The position numbers were made by a program, and so were the translations under genes. A DNA stretch of 64,000 bases, taken from the NCBI RefSeq assembly GCF_006345805.1, contig NC_042997.1:93062001-93126000 (forward strand), read 5' to 3'. The stretch comes from Octopus sinensis (lineage: Eukaryota). The notes below the pieces were generated by a model, which ran no database searches, was not told where the DNA came from, and worked only from the letters and a program-made list of their open reading frames with translations. This document shows, piece after piece, positions 56,451-64,000 of the stretch. The number at the start of each line of letters is the position of its first letter. Positions within the stretch are counted from its first letter, which is position 1.

Positions 56451-56789
56451 TTTGTCATTAAGAATGTGAAACTAAAGACGATTGTATCATCAAAGGTGAT
56501 GTTTGAAAAAAAAAAAAAAAACAGATACAGAAATATGTAAATTTAACTACCTCAATAGCGAATTGTAAGAGTGTGTTAGCATATTTAATGCATGGAACAT
56601 AAAAATATCTTAATGCATGGAACATAAAAATAACTGAGAACAACTATGGGATAAGGAAACAAAAAATTCGATGACTTATATATTGTTTTTGTATGTCTCT
56701 GAAAACTGTATTTCTCTAGTTACAACAGCTAAGTATCCATCTCTGTAGTTATCCAAAATAGAAATGGACAAATAAAAAAATATCAACTT

Positions 56790-57520
56790 GGTTATAAGTG
56801 GGAAATAACAGTTTACTCGAAGTAGCTTCCCTCAGCTTATACTACGGTCTCAAGACTGTTCCGGAAATGGCGCAGTCGTTCTTTTCTGTGTCTTGGAAAG
56901 ATCTTCGAATACGTATTTGATTTTGACCACCAACTCAGCCATGGTGTTGCAGGCAGGGCGGTTGATGTCTTTCTCAACCATACCCCACACATGGTAATCC
57001 ATGAATTACAATTGGGGGTATTAGGAGGCCAAACATTGGGGTTGAGGATCGTAGAAATTCTTTGACAACCGCTATTGATACTTTTCGGAGGTTTGGTAAG
57101 GAGGCGAATCTTGCTGCCACACATATGGTCTTCCAGTAGCAATTCTCTCCAGCCAGGGATTCACCATAGTTTCCATCAGTTTCACATAGCCATCTGAATT
57201 GAGCCTAAGGCCCTTGTTGAAAAATGTGTTGCAGCAATGTGTTGCGGCATGACGTTACCCTCTCCGGAGACACATTCAAAGACCATTACCTTCCAGCTGG
57301 TCGCGGATGTCGTAGTTTCCGTTGCAGCTGTCTATGTAGCTGTAAAGGTCTTACAGCTTTTACAGTTTTCACAGAATATTGAGCAGCAGTCATGGTGTCG
57401 CATTTTGAAACGTGGCACGAATCATCATGATACAAGTAACTCTTGTCTTCTCCAGCATTCGAATGGATTCCAGTCCTTCATGTCAACTTATTTTTTCCAA
57501 CTACAACTTTAATTCGACTG
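56790..57520 (-). mobile_element. maT/DD37D-like transposase remnant, internally deleted
   Basis: Minus strand WKVMVFECVSGEG.VMP.HIFQQGLRLNSDGYVKL...PWLERIATGRPYVWQQDSPP and NVWPPNTPNCNSMDYHVWGMVEK. Confidence 0.8.
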
Positions 57521-58499
57521 TTCACCAATACATCAACATCTTCCCGAAAAAGAAAGAGACATAAAGTCGTCAAATTTAGCCTGTACATTAAATAACTAAC
57601 ATCCCATTATCCACTAGGCGTCTGTGAAATATTCGATTTTTTTCCCTAATGGCCGTACGGATTATTAATTTTGAAATCACTTCAAAGGAAATTATGTACA
57701 TCGAATCACGTGTTGATCTCGTCTTTTCCCACGAAGTCCCTGCCAAATAAACGAAATCTTACATTATCATATAATGGTTTACACAAGTAGCTCTTAAACT
57801 AAGCGGCAGTACCTCCTACGGAGCGTTGTGAGCAACAAGAGGGCCAAAATTGTCAAGAAGATGTTATGGAGAAGCTCAGAATTTAGATAGACCTGTGATT
57901 TCTTTTTTGAGAAGTAAAATATTTAGATATTTATTGCAGATATGATAATTGTATTTTAAACATAGTCAAAATATTTAATTATTTGGAATATGAATCATTG
58001 TTATCAGTGAATACAAAATGTGACTGATAAGACGCCTGGACCCAATATAATTGTATGAGATAAGTGCACACTATTTTAAAACCAAAATAGATAATTAATC
58101 ACTGCATAAAATTAAACAATACACGAGCGCACATGAACATGCATGCATTTAAATAGTCAATTTCTCCTGATAAGAAAAGCTAAATTTTAAACTCCCACCC
58201 AAATCAGTCTACCTTTTCTTCTATTCATTAATTGTTCAATTTCGAAATTCCCACTTGTAAATCTCACAACTCGATAGTTAATATTTGCTGTAACTCAACT
58301 GTTTCTTCACACGAAAATCCGATTCAGGTTTATACTTTCAACACCAGAAACACTCACCATCTTCTTCGCTCATTGGATGCATGTATTAAGTATACGGACA
58401 GATGGAATCCTTTCTTTCATAGATGGACTCAACCAGAAATGACACGGAGCTGAATAACCACATCGACAATAAATAAGCGTTTGAAAGGAAGGAATGTTT

Positions 58500-59150
58500 A
58501 CCGCCTGCAAGGGCCACATTCATTTAAGAAGTGTAGTTCTACATTTCATATTGTCATAGAGAATCCACGATGTCCAGCCTGGTCGCAAGCCTGTTCTCTG
58601 GCCAGGCCCATATCTACCAGATTCTATGCCACAAACTCAACGAAGTCCCAACAGGTCACCTACGTCCCCATTTCTGAGAGAAGCTCTCCCTGGTTTCTTC
58701 ATGGGCAAACATCTTGCGGTGTCATACAAATTGTATCCCATAAACTACTTATCCTGACCCTTCCCATGACTTCTTCCTTTGTTATGTGGTCGCATTAATG
58801 AAAATTCTTAGTATGTTTCTAAAGAGACTGCTGTGAAAAATATCGACAGCTCACAGATTCTGCCGAATTTTTTTCCACGTTTCGCAGGCATAGGTTGTCG
58901 TTGCCATAACGATGACGTACACAGGTATAGTTTGGTGCCTTGGTTAACGAGGGAGTTGAATCAATCAAGCTTCAGCATCAAATAACTGCCACCTTGCTAA
59001 GTTCTTTCTCCACATCATTTTTCATGCTTCTATCGTTAGGGATATTGCTGCCCAGGTATGTGATTACTAGAATCTGATCCTCCGCTTAGACTTTAGCAGC
59101 TGTTCTTCAACAGTAATGATTACTTTCGTTTATTCATTACTGATCTGTTG
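58500..59150 (-). mobile_element. RTE-clade LINE 3' fragment
   Basis: Frameshifted TYLGSNI, TKLYL, TYACETW, DIFHSSL.RNILRI and DHITKEEV motifs. Confidence 0.7.
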
Positions 59151-59320
59151 CTAAGACCGGTCGTACAAACAGGAAAGATTCCCTCCAAGCTAATTGAGAA
59201 AACGGTAAAAACCACACATCCCTTAAAAAAAACGGCTCTTATGCAGGCTGAAACTCCGATCATGTTCATTGAGACGGCGAAGAAGAATTTCTTAAAAGCT
59301 TCAGAGAGTGAGGGAGAGAA

Positions 59321-59361
<41 letters not shown>

Positions 59362-59553
59362 GGGAGACAATGAGAGTTTTATATATACATATATATATAA
59401 AATAAATATAAGAGAGTGGTCACTATATTGCTCACTCTAGCACCAGTTAATCCAAAAGGTTTCAACCACGAAAATACATGCTTCCCATGAAAGTCAGTAC
59501 GACTGTTAGCTCACACGGACAGGGCAAATAAAAATAACAAAATACAGATTATT

Positions 59554-59630
59554 TTGGGACAATTGTTTCGCTATTAATGAATTAAATGTAATATTACTTA
59601 CAAAAAATCCATTTGTAGCTCGTCAGCCAA
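59554..59630 (-). ncRNA. Type I hammerhead ribozyme (array, minus arm copy 1)
   Basis: Reverse complement of ttgg-CUGACGA-gcta..tagc-GAAAC-aatt-GUC-ccaa. Confidence 0.85.
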
Positions 59631-60085
59631 GACTATCTGGATGAAATCCACTCAATCACACGCCAGATTTTACCATAACGATAAATACGCGTGTGGTTCA
59701 ATTGATTACATCCGACGTTATAATTCAAATGCCCCAACCAACAGCGCGCCAAACTCTCACGGAAAACAAATACAGCATTTAGAAATAAATGCAGCATAAT
59801 TATAATTAATTAATAAGGGTGAGAGAATTAGATACTAATTTAATAGTATATTTATTCAACACCAAGTGGCCTAGTGCTACGAGAAACCTGGATTATTATA
59901 ATATTTTATAACATATTATAATATTTTTACAAAATAAATATAAGAGAGTGGTCACTATATTGCTCACTCTAGCACCAGTTAATCCAAAAGGTTTCAACCA
60001 CGAAAATACATGCTTCCCATGAAAGTCAGTACGACTGTTAGCTCACACGGACAGGGCAAATAAAAATAACAAAATACAGATTATT

Positions 60086-60162
60086 TTGGGACAATTGTTT
60101 CGCTATTAATGAATTAAATTTAATATTACTTACAAAAAATCCATTTGTAGCTCGTCAGCCAA
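60086..60162 (-). ncRNA. Type I hammerhead ribozyme (array, minus arm copy 2)
   Basis: Same motif; one substitution in the stem II extension. Confidence 0.85.
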
Positions 60163-60778
60163 GACTATCTGGATGAAATCCACTCAATCACACGCCAGAT
60201 TTTACCATAACGATAAATACGCGTGTGGTTCAATTGATTACATCCGACGTTATAATTCAAATGCCCCAACCAACAGCGCGCCAAAATTACATTTATTCAT
60301 TAATAGCGAAACAATTGTCCCAAAATAATCTGTATTTTGTTATTTTTATTTGCCCTGTCCGTGTGAGCTAACAGTCGTACTGACTTTCATGGGAAGCATG
60401 TATTTTCGTGGTTGAAACCTTTTGGATTAACTGGTGCTGGAGTGAGCAATATAGTGACCACTCTCTTATATTTATTTTGTAAAAATATTATAATATGTTA
60501 TAAAATATTATAATAATCCAGGTTTCTCGTAGCACTAGGCCACTTGGTGTTGAATAAATATACTATTAAATTAGTATCTAATTCTCTCACCCTTATTAAT
60601 TAATTATAATTATGCTGCATTTATTTCTAAATGCTGTATTTGTTTTCCGTGAGAGTTTGGCGCGCTGTTGGTTGGGGCATTTGAATTATAACGTCGGATG
60701 TAATCAATTGAACCACACGCGTATTTATCGTTATGGTAAAATCTGGCGTGTGATTGAGTGGATTTCATCCAGATAGTC

Positions 60779-60855
60779 TTGGCTGACGAGCTACAAATGG
60801 ATTTTTTGTAAGTAATATTACATTTAATTCATTAATAGCGAAACAATTGTCCCAA
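60779..60855 (+). ncRNA. Type I hammerhead ribozyme (array, plus arm copy 1)
   Basis: ttgg CUGACGA gcta [42 nt] tagc GAAA c aatt g UC ccaa; predicted cleavage after C60851. Confidence 0.88.
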
Positions 60856-61311
60856 AATAATCTGTATTTTGTTATTTTTATTTGCCCTGTCCGTGTGAGC
60901 TAACAGTCGTACTGACTTTCATGGGAAGCATGTATTTTCGTGGTTGAAACATTTTGGATTAACTGGTGCTAGAGTGAGCAATATAGTGACCACTCTCTTA
61001 TATTTATTTTGTAAAAATATTATAATATATGTTATAAAATATTATAATAATCCAGGTTTCTCGTAGCACTAGGCCACTTGGTGTTGAATAAATATACTAT
61101 TAAATTAGTATCTAATTCTCTCACCCTTATTAATTAATTATAATTATGCTGCATTATTTCTAAATGCTGTATTTGTTTTCCGTGAGAGTTTGGCGCGCTG
61201 TTGGTTGGGGCATTTGAATTATAACGTCGGATGTAATCAATTGAACCACACGCGTATTTATCGTTATGGTAAAATCTGGCGTGTGATTGAGTGGATTTCA
61301 TCCAGATAGTC

Positions 61312-61387
61312 TTGGCTGACGAGCTACAAATGGATTTTTTGTAAGTATATTACATTTAATTCATTAATAGCGAAACAATTGTCCCAA
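61312..61387 (+). ncRNA. Type I hammerhead ribozyme (array, plus arm copy 2)
   Basis: Same motif; cleavage after 61383. Confidence 0.88.
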
Positions 61388-61845
61388 AATAATCTGTATT
61401 TTGTTATTTTTATTTGCCCTGTCCGTGTGAGCTAACAGTCGTACTGACTTTCATGGGAAGCATGTATTTTCGTGGTTGAAACATTTTGGATTAACTGGTG
61501 CTAGAGTGAGCAATATAGTGACCACTCTCTTATATTTATTTTGTAAAAATATTATAATATGTTATAAAATATATAATAATCCAGGTTTCTCGTAGCACTA
61601 GGCCACTTGGTGTTGAATAAATATACTATTAAATTAGTATCTAATCTAATCTCTCACCCTTATTAATTAATTATAATTATGCTGCATTTATTTCTAAATG
61701 CTGTATTTGTTTTCCGTGAGAGTTTGGCGCGCTGTTGGTTGGGGCATTTGAATTATAACGTCGGATGTAATCAATTGAACCACACGCGTATTTATCGTTA
61801 TGGTAAAATCTGGCGTGTGATTGAGTGGATTTCATCCAGATAGTC

Positions 61846-61922
61846 TTGGCTGACGAGCTACAAATGGATTTTTTGTAAGTAATATTACATTTAATTCATT
61901 AATAGCGAAACAATTGTCCCAA
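61846..61922 (+). ncRNA. Type I hammerhead ribozyme (array, plus arm copy 3)
   Basis: Same motif; cleavage after 61918. Confidence 0.88.
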
Positions 61923-62379
61923 AATAATCTGTATTTTGTTTTTTTTATTTGCCCTGTCCGTGTGAGCTAACAGTCGTACTGACTTTCATGGGAAGCATGT
62001 ATTTTCGTGGTTGAAACCTTTTGGATTAACTGGTGCTAGAGTGAGCAATATAGTGACCACTCTCTTATATTTATTTTGTAAAAATATTATAATATGTTAT
62101 AAAATATTATAATAATCCAGGTTTCTCGTAGCACTAGGCCACTTGGTGTTGAATAAATATACTATTAAATTAGTATCTAATTCTCTCTCACCCTTATTAA
62201 TTAATTATAATTATGCTGCATTTATTTCTAAATGCTGTATTTGTTTTCCGTGAGAGTTTGGCGCGCTGTTGGTTGGGGCATTTGAATTATAACGTCGGAT
62301 GTAATCAATTGAACCACACGCGTATTTATCGTTATGGTAAAATCTGGCGTGTGATTGAGTGGATTTCATCCAGATAGTC

Positions 62380-62455
62380 TTGGCTGACGAGCTACAAATG
62401 GATTTTTTGTAAGTATATTACATTTAATTCATTAATAGCGAAACAATTGTCCCAA
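62380..62455 (+). ncRNA. Type I hammerhead ribozyme (array, plus arm copy 4)
   Basis: Same motif; cleavage after 62451. Confidence 0.88.
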
Positions 62456-62739
62456 AATAATCTGTATTTTGTTATTTTTATTTGCCCTGTCCGTGTGAGC
62501 TAACAGTCGTACTGACTTTCATGGGAAGCATGTATTTTCGTGGTTGAAACCTTTTGGATTAACTGGTGCTAGAGTGAGCAATATAGTGACCACTCTCTTA
62601 TATTTATTTTGTAAAAATATTATATATGTTATAAAATATTATAATAATCCAGGTTTCTCGTAGCACTAGGCCACTTGGTGTTGAATAAATACTATTAAAT
62701 AGTATCTAATTCTCATATTCTCTCACCCTTATTAATTAA

Positions 62740-63250
62740 TTACATATATATATATATATATAAACGGCAGTTTGTCTGTCTGTGTGTCTGTGTGTCTGTC
62801 AGGTTGAACCCCCACCCTGACCACGGCTTTCAACAACGATTCTGATGAAACTTGACACACACGTAGCCCAATGTCATAATTCAAAACTAACGCAGCGAAA
62901 ATTTTGAAAAGTTCCCCCAGTTCTGAAAAAAGAACGATAAATTCGACATGGGTCAGGAATCTAAGCTTTTTATATGCAACACATTTTCTACAGACTGGCT
63001 AGGGGACGCAACTCGACCTTTTTAACTCTCGGAACACGTGGGGTACGTATCCCAAAATGTATAAAAATGTACAAAAACGGCAAAAAAGCGGGCAGCAATG
63101 TGAGTGACAACAACGAAAAAGTCAAAAGTGACCAAACTGAACAAACGAATGGAAAAGGTTTTTTGATGCACACGACAAAAGCGGTTTATAATAAACCAAG
63201 AGTTTGCAAGTAGCGTCCGAGGACCCTTAGGGTACATCAAAAATTTAAGG
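62740..63250 (+). mobile_element. Helitron/DINE-like non-autonomous element, 5' part
   Basis: (TA)n-aaacggcagtttgtctgtctgtgtgtctg...aacgattctgatgaaacttg resembles DINE/HINE 5' ends; no clear 3' hairpin-CTAG found. Confidence 0.45.
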
Positions 63251-64000
63251 TAAAACGTTTGGGGTAGTAGTTATAAAGAAAGTGTAAACAAAAAAAGTAT
63301 TCGAATAACTTGCGGCTGCAGCAGCTATTAGCAGAAGTGGCGGTGTTGGGGTAAAGTCACGAATGTAATTTCTTCCTGGTAGGAATTGGTTGGGTTGAAT
63401 TATCGATAGCTGTTTGATAGTTATTTGGGAGTGAAGAGAAGACATTGCAACCTACATATGTATATATATGTATGTATACACACTCATATATGCATATATG
63501 CATATACATAAACATATATATATATAAGTACGCACACACATTTATAGAACAATATACCTCATACCACCTAACTTTATGGTCTTATATATATATATAAACT
63601 TACTGTTAACAAAAGTCGGTATGCGTGGCGTTCAATTATTCCATAAATGAAAAATGCATTTAATACTACAAAACGTACACATGGGACGGACACAAGGACC
63701 CTAATCTTTCCTCAGTTATCGACCAAAAATAGTAATACCCAGTTTCGTGCCTTTATATGTATATCAACGTGAGCGCGTGCGCACACACACGTGGCAGTAA
63801 ACGTCACCAAACTATATTTCTCACAATGAGAAAACATTTTCCCTTCATGTGAGCACTTGAAATACAGTTTTCCAATAATTGTAAATGTTGTTGTTGTAAA
63901 AACATACACTGTTAAATTTTTTTTTCCTTTTAATTCTCACAATTAAGTGAGAAAAATATTCAATTAACGTGAACCACTAACTTGGAAGACAGATACGCCT

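Larger units (their letters stand above)
59399..62735. repeat. ~532-bp tandem array with internal inversion at 60285/60286; one hammerhead per monomer (retrozyme-like)
   Basis: Period 532 (59411 to 59943); plus-arm cleavage sites at 60319, 60851, 61383, 61918, 62451; both outer ends abut (TA)n. Confidence 0.92.

Noticed and set aside
59399-62735. CRISPR-like or plain satellite interpretation
   Set aside because: No repeat-spacer alternation; whole 532-bp units repeat, and the conserved ribozyme core explains the unit better

Overview
AT-rich, microsatellite- and transposon-dense eukaryotic DNA. The tRNA-derived SINE families and the compound microsatellites look like Octopus (cephalopod); this is inferred from repeat recognition, not a database match. 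I could not support any intact host protein-coding gene, and most listed ORFs are microsatellite read-through or decayed transposon fragments. Recognisable content: three SINE families, RTE-type and R4/Dong-type LINE fragments (the latter inside (TAA)n), two Penelope-like element (PLE) remnants, four Tc1/mariner-type remnants, MITEs, a Helitron-like 5' end, a local 2-3 kb tandem duplication and several long palindromes. The main finding is a ~532-bp tandem array at 59.4-62.7 kb. Every complete monomer carries a type I hammerhead ribozyme with an intact core (6 complete copies plus a half copy), arranged head-to-head around an inversion point that falls at the apex of hammerhead stem II. It looks like a retrozyme (circRNA-producing, PLE-mobilised) element. 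Related hammerheads, including U3:A8 core variants, occur upstream of a PLE ORF (26.2-26.5 kb) and inside head-to-head palindromes (23 kb, 36 kb). Coordinates of decayed repeats are approximate (tens of bp).
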